A stretch of 64,000 nt of DNA, taken from NCBI GenBank assembly GCA_002104905.1, contig MCFE01000473.1:1-64000 (forward strand), written 5' to 3'. A program made the translations under genes and the position numbers. The DNA is from Basidiobolus meristosporus CBS 931.73 (lineage: Eukaryota; Fungi; Basidiobolomycota). Positions 12,408-24,489 of this stretch are shown piece by piece (the first letter of the stretch is position 1; each line of letters opens with the position of its first letter). The notes under the pieces are model-generated. The model saw nothing but the letters and a program-made list of their open reading frames with translations, did no database searches and was not told the DNA's origin.

Positions 12408-13355
12408 ATGGATCTGCTTGCCACCGACAGTATTCGCCTCCCGGAAATGATAGCTGCTCCGCATTATATGCAGAGTTCCAAGAATCCATCCGAGGTTTAC
12501 ATGAACATCTCACTATTCCCATTCAACAATATTCAGAAAAGTCTGGCGTCAAAGAGATACACATACTGCGTAGTTCCTGAGGGCTATCACGCTCTTTTGG
12601 TCCCAGAGAGGGACTACCAGATTCTTACGAAAAAAATTGGCCCAACAGAAGGCCAGCACATTCCAGCAAGAGGAAACGTGAAGACCGAGTCTTCAGTGGA
12701 AGATAAAGGAGACGCTCAGTCCGAGAAACCGCGTCGACCACCGAACCCATTCTTCTTGTTCAGGAAGGATAAACAAGCCAGTGTTTTTGCCCAGCACAGA
12801 GGGATCTCTAACCTGGAGGTTTCAAAGGTTGTTGGTAGAATGTGGAAAACTGCCAGCTTTCAAGAAAAAGAGTACTATCAGCGCTTGGCCGAGGAATTCA
12901 AGAAGGAGCATCAGGAGAAGTATCCGAATTACAAATACAGCCCGGCGAAGCAGAAGAGAAAGTGCAAGAAGAACGAGTGTGGATTCAGTAACAAACGCGC
13001 TCGATTCGTTCAACTCCCTATGAGTGAAGACTCTAGCCTTAACAGTCTTCTAACTACCAGCCACAATATAACCTCGGTGCAGAAACCGCATGATTATGTA
13101 TCGCCGACAGAGATACCACTGAGTGGGATACCGTCAAATGATTCACAAGAGTTCGACATCTCTACAGATTTGGATTCGCCAATATTTTCGGAATATGCTT
13201 TCCCTAGTGCTGAAGTATGGCCGGCTAGTAGTATACCACTCGAGCAGAGCCCTTGCAGCTTCAATGAGTTACACTTCTCGGACACCAACAAGTTGCTCTA
13301 CAGCCAAGGATACTATGACCCTCTCTTGATATCACACCAATACTTGCAGAATTAG
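12408..13355 (+). CDS. HMG-box transcription factor, sequence-specific MATA/SOX-type box, intronless
   Basis: KPRRPPNPFFLFRKDK...SNLEVSKVVGRMWK...EKEYYQRLAEEFKKEHQEKYPNYKYSP followed by a basic tail and a Ser/Pro-rich C-terminus; 315 aa uninterrupted. Confidence 0.9.
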   Translation: MDLLATDSIRLPEMIAAPHYMQSSKNPSEVYMNISLFPFNNIQKSLASKRYTYCVVPEGYHALLVPERDYQILTKKIGPTEGQHIPARGNVKTESSVEDKGDAQSEKPRRPPNPFFLFRKDKQASVFAQHRGISNLEVSKVVGRMWKTASFQEKEYYQRLAEEFKKEHQEKYPNYKYSPAKQKRKCKKNECGFSNKRARFVQLPMSEDSSLNSLLTTSHNITSVQKPHDYVSPTEIPLSGIPSNDSQEFDISTDLDSPIFSEYAFPSAEVWPASSIPLEQSPCSFNELHFSDTNKLLYSQGYYDPLLISHQYLQN

Positions 13356-16300
13356 ATTTCAAGATCCCATCACTGTAATCCTTAGAAATCTAATTAGATT
13401 GCTGTCTATACCGACACTCACTATGTATATATCTTATCTAATTCATTTTGGCACAATACATTGGTTATAAAATATTGATATCTACGTATTTCAATGATTC
13501 TAAGCTGGGGAATATCATCAGGGGAACACACTAGTAAATATTTGTAGATGCTTAGTGATTATCCGACGACCTGATGGGATTGATAGAAGGGTACAGCTAG
13601 CATGGGCAATCCATGGATGTGGAGGAAAATGATTTGAAATCATGAACCAAATGTTTGGACCTCGGTTTTTCCAGGTCTGACTTTCTTATGATTGAATAGA
13701 GTAGCGGTGAGAGTCTGGAAAATCGGAACAGGTTGTAACCAAAACACACATATTGGGTAGCACACACACACTTGCTTACCAGGATATATGAACCCATGAC
13801 CAATTCAACAGAAAAAGCCACTATAAGATAATGCTCCTCGCAATAAAGGTGAGAAGAGCTCACTCCACCTGTTGAAGCTGGGCATTACATCTGACGTTAG
13901 ACAGTGCCTGTGGAGAACTAGAGTAATCAAAGCCGCACGTAAGCTTCAAGCCAACCGCATTTGTCTATGGCGGACTCGACATTTTGGTATATCACAGATA
14001 GAGGAGGGGGAGGTACCTATGGCCAAATGGTTAGCTGAGGAGAGTCTGCTTTGAGTCTCTAAAAAGCCAGATTTAAATCTTGTTCAGCCAACAGAACACG
14101 ATCTTCCTGTACCTATGGTCCTCCAGGCGAATCAATTACATACATATTATAAAGGAAACTTGGAGGCAGGGAATTCGACATGTTTAGCTATTAGTATAGC
14201 AGCAAATACTGGTTCCCTCCAATAGCCCAATTGGAAGCTGGTTTAGCTCCATTGGTTGGGGTGAGGACTCAATTAACCGAGGCTTTCGATCATGATCGGA
14301 GTAACACATCATCTAGGCAGCAATCGGAGTAGAGTCTCAAGTCTTGTGTTCTATGCAGAACCAGAAAGAGGCCTCAAAGATCTCCATTCATCATATTGCA
14401 TATCTTGTCTTAATCACTAAAAGCATATTTATTGAGATGGCATTTATTGATATTTATGCAACAATGCAACATCTTCTAGGTTCTAGATTGGCCACCACGT
14501 ATTACTCCTTATGGTTAAAATAACCAGAAGTTTGGTGAATTCGTAAGGTCTTAGTAATTCTAGTGGTAAATCAACCCGGTTTTGGATCGATTTGGATCCC
14601 CAAGTGACGAGCCCTGGTGGCAAAATACGATAGTACTTCCGTTTGCACCGGGCACATACGCTGTGGCACTGATGGCAACTTCCGCATTGATTTGTTGGAG
14701 CCCGAATCAGATAATTATTTATCACTTCATTGTGATCGAAGCCTTCGAGAAGCGACCAAACCAGAGTTTTCCCCAAGCGAACATGTTTCAAAATTGTCGG
14801 TCATCTTGATCGTTGAGCGTCCATATTTGTGGGGAGTCATGCTTTTGATATCAGTGGATTCGCTCATTATGGGCCAATAGAGAATTAAAAGTCCCTCTTT
14901 GGCCCGCCCTATATACTGGTTTGAATTCTAATTACTCCTAGAAACAAGTGCCATATATCAGGTACCCGGAAATGGTGTGTTCTTGTATTCATTACCCTAC
15001 ATATGTTGGGGAGAATATCCCACAACCGAGACCTGACTTCTCCACACTCAACATTGTCTCTAGGCGCTTCATGCCAGTTTGGTTCGGTGGTTCAGTATTC
15101 CCAGAAGCGAGTCTTCTGCTGGATGCTCATCGCCCCAGTTCCCTCCACCTCAAATGGCGACAAGCCACTAGAAGCCTCTTAATTTAAACTGAGATTTGAT
15201 ATATCTGAGAGGATGCTTATAAATCAATTGGGCGACTACTTTCTGCTCGATATGTTACATACGTACCATCCACTTGACCTTGGTTGGGCTTTTTGAGAAC
15301 CTGGCCCAATAATGATTACATAAATAGTAGTATTGACTCCTCTAGTCACCCATGTAAACTCAATGTGATTCACAATATACCAGAACGTAGTGGCCCAAAT
15401 CAACACTTGGAGCGTTCCCCGGTCATGTGAGTACGATTTGCTACAAAAAGGTAAATCCTTAATTGGTTGGAGATCCGATCACATACTTCATAATAAGAGA
15501 GACTTACAGTCGGTTTTACAGAGGATTCAGTCGACGTTCCTACGATTTCTGAGAAAGCCAAGTGTGGTGCATGAGAACGAAACAAATCTCCTAATAGGTA
15601 TACCTTGTGAACTTCATATGGGTTGGGTGTCCTGAAATGATATGGAGGCCAACGAAATGATCAATCACTAGCACAGGACTCAGATGGGTCATTGTGCCTG
15701 CTTGTTACTGATTGGGTACCTTTCTTCCCCTTTCATCAGAGCTTTTGTGGGCTTTTGTGCGATGTACAATAATTGGTCTACTCACAATATTGAGAGGAGA
15801 ATTAACAAGCGAATTTAGGCATGAGGTATAGGGCAAATGGAAGGATTAGCCGAATGTGCTCGCCGATCAATTAATTCAGCGCGGTGTTGATACCAAGCTT
15901 CGTCTCAAACCAGTATTACCATGGCATATTGGCGTAAGGCGAATACTACGCCAACTATGGGGCTTAGCTCCGCTTGATAGTTTATGCATGATATTGATGC
16001 CATTGAATCCACGACTTATCAGATTCTTCATCTCTCCATGCGTATACGTAAGATATGCCCCGATTTTTCGCCTTGTTGGTTGAACGGTCTCAAAGGCCAG
16101 CCGCAAAGGCTTATGCTAGCTCATTTGGAATTCGGAAAGGTGGTAACTAGCGGCTGATCACTGTCATCTGCAGCGCAGCACAAAAGCAGTTATTACCTTC
16201 CCAAGTGAAATCTACCGGTATCTAGCTACCTGATGATTTTAATAATAATGTTATTCGATTGAAATATTGTCATAATTATGTCCTCGACAACTCACAAGCC

Positions 16301-16449
16301 GTTGATGATATCCAGGAACATGAATCCCACATCAATAGTTTATTGGTGGAGCCTAGCGTAGTGACCCCTTTGTTATAGGTTCGCCTTTTCCAACACAATG
16401 GCATCGTACAAAAACGGTTGCAATTATTAGGATGGTACCTTATTGTTCA

Positions 16450-17080
16450 TATCAACTAATAACACATTTGGGGCAACGTTTTGGAAGCCAATTTTGGCTT
16501 GGAATTAATTTCGGAAGATCTCTCTTGCTGATAATTCACAACTGTGGGACAGCTGGGAAGTTAGAGAAGGCCTCAGACCTTACCCGCGTCTTTCAATGCA
16601 CTTCCACAGCACAACACAGCAATATATCTGGTCCAACAAAGTTCTAAAAAGAATAGGAATACTGCACTTCCACTCCACAAGCTATCGTGTGATCAGATCA
16701 CCTCAGTCCCAAGTATGCCACCAGCATATACTGCCCCGAGTAAAAATGCCATGGGCTCCTGGTGGTATTACATCCCACTTGTCACAATATTTTGCATATG
16801 AGGAGGGTTAACTAATGCCACTCCTACCCCAATTTTTTTGGCCATTGTAAGTAGAATCCAAATCGGATTTTTGCTGATTGTGTATGGTACATTATTGATG
16901 GTGTTCATTGGCAAGTCACTAGGGTACATAGATCCAGCCAGTTGTGATGTTCTCTTGGAACAGATTACTGATTTATTTTTTGCATTAAGGGCGGACTTGA
17001 CATTGGGTGGTGACATGAATGAAACTGAGTTATGTCTGATGAAGAACTCAATGGCAATAGGCCATGGAACAACTTAGATA
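16450..17080 (+). mobile_element. Possible degenerate non-LTR (LINE-like) 3' remnant
   Basis: Frameshifted fragments 'QYIWSNKVLKRIG', 'QHI(x)CPRVKMPW' and 'IFADCVWYII' resemble the zinc-binding C-terminal region of LINE ORF2; weak. Confidence 0.25.
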
Positions 17081-19481
17081 AAACCTGCCACTATCAGCGT
17101 AAGGGGCTTTAAGTACACTAGCACAACAGAACAAGTCTGTTACATGCTAATAGAAGCTTTGGATTGTGAGGTAGACTAAAAGGTACATGGAACCTACCAA
17201 ATCTCAAGTTGGAAGTTTTTGCAAGGTCAGCTAGGGTAGTGTCCGAGGAGTTCTTCTCCCACCTAGCTAATTACTACATGTTGTAATTATTTAGTCTACA
17301 CCTAAACCATTCATATAACGTAAGATTCTACTTTGCTTGTGGCCAAGTTACGAGTTGTTTACCTATGATTTAGGTCATAAGTAATCAGCTAATTCTTAGA
17401 ATCGGTGAAGGTCAGGAAGTAATAATATTGTCAAACCCGCCCAAAAGCCCCCAGCTTTGCACAGTGGTGCCTAGGATTTTCCTTGAAGCATTTTATCATT
17501 ATTTTTACAAAGTTCCCCTAAAAGTATTAATACCTTACTTGAACTTAATCAAACAATAAGTGAATATCATGCAATTTTCCTAGTTCTCCAACTCACCTCC
17601 AATACTCTCTAGAGTCTTGCGGCACAATCTCCAGTATTCTCTTGGGATCTAGCTCACAAGGCACCTATTCTATAAGCTATAGAAGCCCTGATAATTCAAG
17701 ATACTCTCAAATTTGCTCAAGGGTCTCCAACTCTACTCAAAGTTTGCTGTGGAACTCTTCAAGAAGTTAATACGGATTTGGCAGAATCTCCTCAATAATA
17801 CCAATATCCATTTTCAACATAGTTAGATAAAAGGCGAGAGCCACATTTCCTTCAGGCTCCAAGTCCCTTTCAGATCCTATCGCCAACCTGCAACATTTGG
17901 GAATTGAAGAGCTACAAACAATTGGCATTGTACATGCTGGAAAGCAACTTTCGAAGTTACAGCAGAAAGCTCATTGATTAAAATACTGTAAAATTGGATG
18001 TCTACATAGGTTTATCAGAAGATCTACCTCCGCCGAGCACCCCTGCAGTTACCCCACTGAAATAGTCCTGCAAATATAGACATTGCTACAACGAGCGAAA
18101 AAAGCATACCTCAATCGCTTGCTGATGTGCATACAGCCACAGCTCACCCGCCATCATAAATCGTCCGCAGCGTACAAAGCTGGTAGTGATTTGACGTATT
18201 TTTAAGCGATGCTTGAATATTATGTTTACAATTGCTATCAAATTACGAAGTTCCCAACGACTCGGCACCCGATTGGCTACCAAAATACCGAGAACTTTAA
18301 AGCTTAACCTTGCAGTTAAATATTATAGTCGAGGTCCAAGAATTGTATACGCATAATGATGACACCACGAGTATTCAATGAATCACCTGATCCTGTGGGG
18401 AGAAATAGAACACCCTAATCGTTACGGCGAGCTATAGATCAGCTTGCTTTGGTGGTGCTAGGAGCACTCGCTCCCACCGTACTTCATCAATAAAATCAAA
18501 ATATAGAAAGCCAGGCACATGCCTTTCACATCTCGAGGAGATTGGCAAGGCCTGCAAGCTTTTGCATAATTGTTAATGTTGTAATACATTTTTTCATTTG
18601 AGCGAACTCGTATTATCGGGATTCCGTTTTTTAATATGGGGCTGAGTGGAGTGGGGTAAGGTGCTTGGCATCCTGAGGAAATCGGAATCCGAATTTCCGG
18701 CGGGTATGCTAAGATTGGAGAATGGCATGAATCCAACCATACTCCATCTTAGGATCATGTGTGAATTTTCACTCGTTGGTTCACGACCGATTCTCTATCT
18801 TGATAGAATACTCATGTCTCAAGATCGATTGCATTAGGCGAGTTGGTCTCCGTTTGCGCAAGAATGAAAGAGCTCGGGTTCTGACTAGCCTTGCCATCTT
18901 GAAGTCGAATCCTCAAATCGGTCACAGCCCAACTGCTTCATCCTTAGTGTTGGGCCGTAGGAATCATACGATGTATCCAGGTGGCCTTTCTTGGTTCTAA
19001 CTATAATAGGCATCAAGTGGTTCTCTACCATGCGCAGTTTAAGCCTCCACCAAGGTAATACACTGCCAGCAATGACATCATACTCTCAGCGCCATTGATT
19101 TAGTGTGTCCGTCCTTCTTGAGGAAAGATTGCCATACCTAATCATTGGCTAGAAACAAACATGACGAAAGCTCAACATGAGAAGTGGGATGGCGATAGGT
19201 TTTGGAGGGAATGGTAGAACCAGTCACGGAGATATCTTCGGATCTGAGGCGGAATCGTGAAATGCTCCAGGATGATCGGGAGGTCGGAGTCAGCTCGGAC
19301 ACAGGAACTACTAAACGCCGAGATGAGATTCAACAGAGCGATGGCCTGAGAAGTCCAATATAAAAGCCACCATCCACCGACGGATGCTGATACCATTCTT
19401 TAATTCGATCCTATTCATCCTTAACCATCTGGTGTAGTTCCTTAACCGTAACCTAACTGACTTCCATTCATTTGGTTAAAG

Positions 19482-20696
19482 ATGCAGGTTCCAGAGGTCA
19501 TTTACACATTGGTTAACACCCCCAAGGGCCCATTGCCAAACACCCCTTCGCATAAATATTCAGTCAGCAAAGGATTGCAAATCCCGTACTCACACCATCT
19601 AGTGTCCTATTCGATTACGAGCCCACAAAAAAGCATCATGTCATCTATCTCTACCTATACCTCAGTCGATTCGCAGAACTCTGGCATTACCGATCTCCAG
19701 ATTCCAGAGCGGTTCCTGTTCTCCGCAGTCAAGGAAAAGAAATCCAAAAAAAGCTTTAACTTTCCTAACCTTTTAAAAGTCAGATCGAGGAGTTCGAAGA
19801 AGAAGATCGTGGAACAGCTTCCATTGTTGGACGCGCTGCGAAAGCGGAATCTCCCGACATTGGCTGAGCTTTACGGCTCATTTTCGGACAACATGGGGAA
19901 CGGGGCGAGCGGGAATGTCCGGGCAACATTTTCTCTACGTGACGGGAAAAAATACGCAGTGAAGACGTACAGGGCCAAGCACGAAGGCCAGAAAAAGAAG
20001 CAGTACTTTGAACGTATCAGCAGCGAAATCTACATAGGTGCCTCCCTCTCCCATCGGAATATCATTCGCACGATTGATGTTATCATGGAGGAAGGCAAGA
20101 TCCATCAGATCATGGAATTCTGTCCGAACGACCTTATCACCATTGTCCAAGGCGGCCTAGCATCTGCAGAGCAGCTCGACCAGTATTTCCTCCAGATGAT
20201 GGAGGGCCTCAGGTATCTCCATCACCGGGGGGTCGCCCATCGAGATGTGAAGTTGGAGAATCTGTGCGTCAACGAAGAAGGGGTCCTGAAAATCATTGAC
20301 TTTGGAAGTAGCTTCATCGTAACAAACCCGTTCGATCTGTTTCAAACAAAATCTGCCACCTCCTTCGTGGGGACCGATCCATACATAGCACCGGAGATTC
20401 AGGACAGAAAGGCTTACGATGCTACCAAGGCTGATATATGGTCAGCTGGAGTGGTCTACGTGGTGATGGTACTAAAGCGATTCCCCTGGAAGGCGGCCCT
20501 TCCAAGCGAGAAGAGCTATACGAGCTTTCTCCAAAACCGAGATCAGGACGAATTCTTCCGGCTGCTCCCTGCTGGGTCAATCCCGCTAATCCGGCAAATG
20601 CTGGATCCCAACCCAGATACACGTGCCACAATAGATGAGGTGTTTAATGATTCATGGTTGCAAAGCCTAAGAACCCCATCTTCGCTCGATACATAA
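19482..20696 (+). CDS. Ser/Thr protein kinase, fungal HAL/Sat4/Npr1-like group
   Basis: All catalytic motifs intact: GNGASG, YAVK, HRDVKLEN, DFG, GTDPYIAPE, DIWSAG; 'RISSEIYIGASLSHRNIIRT' is HAL-like. The start could be a downstream Met (MSSISTY...). Confidence 0.92.
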   Translation: MQVPEVIYTLVNTPKGPLPNTPSHKYSVSKGLQIPYSHHLVSYSITSPQKSIMSSISTYTSVDSQNSGITDLQIPERFLFSAVKEKKSKKSFNFPNLLKVRSRSSKKKIVEQLPLLDALRKRNLPTLAELYGSFSDNMGNGASGNVRATFSLRDGKKYAVKTYRAKHEGQKKKQYFERISSEIYIGASLSHRNIIRTIDVIMEEGKIHQIMEFCPNDLITIVQGGLASAEQLDQYFLQMMEGLRYLHHRGVAHRDVKLENLCVNEEGVLKIIDFGSSFIVTNPFDLFQTKSATSFVGTDPYIAPEIQDRKAYDATKADIWSAGVVYVVMVLKRFPWKAALPSEKSYTSFLQNRDQDEFFRLLPAGSIPLIRQMLDPNPDTRATIDEVFNDSWLQSLRTPSSLDT

Positions 20697-21939
20697 TACA
20701 TATATATTGATGTAATATACCAACTAACTATCTCATATCTCGTCCCACACAAGCGTTGAATACCTCGTATGCCTGCAGTATATATCTCACCACTCACGCC
20801 TAGAAAATGTAACATACCTCAATAAAGCATTGTTCATCTCTCACAATCCCTGGCCTTCCTTGGCATTTTATTCTGTGGCAACCGCTGAAGAAAGCCTACG
20901 CTCCTTATTGGCGGACATGACAGCAATCTTACCTCGCGTCACACGGGTACGTTACGCTACGACTGACTTTCAGTAACCTGCATGCAAGTGTGCCAACCAA
21001 CAACAATGCATCATGGAATTCAGTTCGGAATTAGGAAGGATCTAGCTGGCCGGCATGGGTGATTCCTGGCACAAGCCATCACTTGAACTCGAGTCATGAC
21101 AGTGCACCAATAAGCAGCACTTTTCTGATTGCCCAAATTTCAGCAACACCATCTGATTGGATGAATGACGCTGTCCATCCCAATATACTGGTTTCACATA
21201 TATATATCACATATATCTATCAAACTTCATTGTGCCTGCCCTCTAATAATGCCAGGATACAGGCAAAGGGATTCACTCATGTATCAACAATACCCCCTGA
21301 TCATGCAGGCAACCCGAATCCACAGTTATCTGACAGGCACACAACAAATATTGAGCAGACATGTAGCCAGATTACTTGTACCAATTCTGCTGTAAGCACC
21401 AGTTATAATCATATTTATTATGGACTGAACCTCACCTCACTATAGGTATTTCTATGCTTGCCTTGTACTGTCTTCAGCACCCACATTTGACAATTACTTG
21501 TCATTTCCAATGAGATAAATCTAATTTCCATACTTAAATGTGGAGGAAAAACATTGCTGCTCTATGCAAAATTCTTTAGCATCCATGGGATATTTATTAT
21601 CAACATTGTCAAGATCTACCTTAACAACAATCTCAAAGGCCAGCCAAATCACAATGGAGGTGGCTATAGGATACTATCTTTTGTAGCTTAGTTTGACTGC
21701 TAGTTGGTCTAGTTTCCTCCCAGAAAATATGTTTGCTTTGTTATAAAATTTTTTAATTCTAACAAACTATTCACCTAGTTTAGTAACTTAGGTCATTACC
21801 TACAAATCTTAGAGATTAATGTCCAAATTCCCTGTTGAAATTTGTTCAGGACAGAATGTTAATCACAAATAAGATCTATGTGACTAGGTTAGCATAAAGA
21901 TTTAGATGATAACTTAATGATTACAACACCATTCAACAA

Positions 21940-22800
21940 GATGTTAATAGGTAATAAACCCAAATTTAGAGTGTGCAATCTGAAATAAAGCATATAAAAT
22001 TTAACTATGTTGCATACTGGACCAATATATTGCCCAGTATATGCATTTGTGCTCAACTTAATTGAACAAGTAACTAGTAACTCAATGCACATATCAGCTT
22101 CATAGTATGTCTAAAAATCATAATGATCTGAGCATAATCTTAATGATCAACTTTGATTACCTACACAGGCTTGAATAATGAGCTAAGCATGACTGTTATA
22201 TTGTAATAATGATATATTTTCTCTGAGCTATTTAATGCTTCTTATTTGAGCAAAATCGGTTCAACTATGGTCAAGTGTATTGTAATTATTAAGCGGTCAC
22301 CTAAGTATTCAAGCTAACTTAGTTGTATAGATCTTACTCTGAGATTAGCATTCCATCCTGGCCAAATCTTATGTTGGGACTTACTCAGAATATTTTCACC
22401 AAATTATCAGGTACCTGAGTTATGACCTTTCTCAAAGTTGTACAAAAGAACCCAAACTTTGCACACACATTCTTAGGACCTTCCTTAGCAAACTCTACAC
22501 ATTATTGTGCCCAGAGGCTATAAGGCATTATTACAATCTGGTGGTCAAACTCAGCACATTATTCAAGCCCATGCAAGTGACCAAAGATGATGATTAATAA
22601 TCTGATCAGATCATTCCAGTTTACAGGCATACAATTTAGTAGATATGGCCATTGAATCACAAGTTGGTTGTTCAATTAAGTTGAGCACAAATGCATATAC
22701 CATTGGATAATTCATTAGTCCAGTATGCAAAATAGTTAGACTTAATATGCTTCACTATAGATTGCACACTCTTAATAGACTTGTTCTGTTGGATAGTGCC
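21940..22800. repeat. Long imperfect inverted repeat (~230-250-bp arms, ~360-bp spacer)
   Basis: ~21960-22190 is the reverse complement of ~22550-22780 (shared TGTTCAATTAAGTTGAGCACAAATGCATATAC, CATTATTCAAGCC, AGATTGCACACTCT). The spacer holds a copia-LTR fragment (~22350-22505). Outer limits approximate. Confidence 0.75.
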
Positions 22801-22857
22801 ACACAATGCCAGCCTGTTTATAGTGCCAGATTGATTCAGCACTCTATAGGACTATCT

Positions 22858-24460
22858 GACACCATACTACCTGAACTTCCAGTCCCAGACCACAGGACAC
22901 TCCCAGGAAACTGCACTGACAGCCAACTGACCTTGGAGGCACTACTTGTGAGGAATACTCAGAGTAGGTATCTTTTATTATATTCAACTCTTTCCCAAGT
23001 TTGTTCTTGTACAGGCAAAGATACCTTCTTGTCTTTGCAACTATTGAACACAGCTGCATTCTTATCAAGTCCTTGCTGGTGGAGTTTACTGTTGTTTTGA
23101 CTTTGGAAGCTTTAGTACATTGTCATCTCAAAGGACACTGAACCCAGCACATACTTTTGTTAAGATGCCAACTAAGTTGGGGATTGTAGCTCAATAGTAT
23201 TCCCTTGACAAGCTTGAGGCTTTATTCCCCATCACATTAGATTAGAGACAGAACCCAAATATCCCCAGCAAGCTTTTGCCAGAGGTTATTGCACCTAGTG
23301 AATACCTCACACACAAAACACTTGAGAAGTGTTGGACATACCTCTCCCTTGGATTTATACACCACCACACTGCTTGAGTTCTTGCCAGATGATTTTAGTA
23401 TTGCCCAAGTGTCTATGATGAGCCATCATACAGATATTTGGGCACTAGTCAATAATCTAGTAGAGCTGGGTACCTCAGAGAGTTGACAGCAATGGAAGAA
23501 TTTGAGTGGAAAGCTGTGGCATGAGTTTTTCATCAAGATACCCAAAGATGTTTGTAAGAAGACATACAATATAATAATTATTGAAGTCAAGAATGAGCTA
23601 AAAGTTGGCAGATTTGATGAGGAAGCTCTGTGCAAACAGTTCTGTATGCAATTTGCATGGTACAAACCAGATGCATTTGTTTGTGCCTCAACTTTGGGAA
23701 CCAAACAGATTTTGAATGGGTTTTTGCCACAAATAACAAATGTACTGCATGATATATTAGTAGAGCCAAGTGGCTCCTGCAAGCAATATTCCCAAGATTC
23801 ATCAAGGCTGCATTTCAAAGCATCAGACAGCAGGCACATGAATACCTTGAGGAATTAGAAGAGAGCTTCCAGAGAAAGAATACACACTGCAGGCAACTGC
23901 ATTGGGACTGTGACAGCACACCTTACTGGATTCCTCACTGATTGTTGCAATGCCAACATACTGGTGCACATCAGTCTAACCCACACCAGCATCCTTATCC
24001 AGGGGACCACACACCAAAATGACACACATTGGGCCAACACTGGTGGCTCAGAGTAAAAATACTAGAACTTGCCAAACCACTCTATTTGACACAGGTCCAC
24101 TGGAGCAGGCCAGATTATGATTACACACAACATCACATTGAACTCAGCCAAGGGCCATGCCAGTGTGTCATGCTGCACCTGTACATGCTGTTACACCTGA
24201 CTATTGGCAAGTTACTTCTGGCAAACTGACCACTAAAAACCCATCACAAATACCTCCACCTCAGAGGCCTTTGGCAAGTAAAAGAACTTGTCAGCATGTA
24301 GCACCTCAGGCTGGCTTTGTAACATCCTCTTGTGCAATTCAGCATGGCCAAGCTAGAGCACTGCACTCATCAACCAGGAGGCTAAATACTGAGTCAAGTA
24401 CACAAGTGACCTAGATGATCATTAATAAAGAAGTAGTTTAGGAGTGCAGAGTGAATAACT
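22858..24460 (+). mobile_element. Unclassified degenerate repeat with coding-like frames
   Basis: 22858-23372 recurs inverted at 39575-40085; a stop-interrupted frame runs ~23289-24060. No family motif recognised. Confidence 0.5.
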
Positions 24461-24489
24461 ACCAGATGCTTCAATAGTAATCCCTGTGC

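Noticed and set aside
13400-19400. Many 60-100 aa ORFs between the HMG gene and the kinase
   Set aside because: No homology recognised, mostly non-ATG starts, lengths expected by chance.
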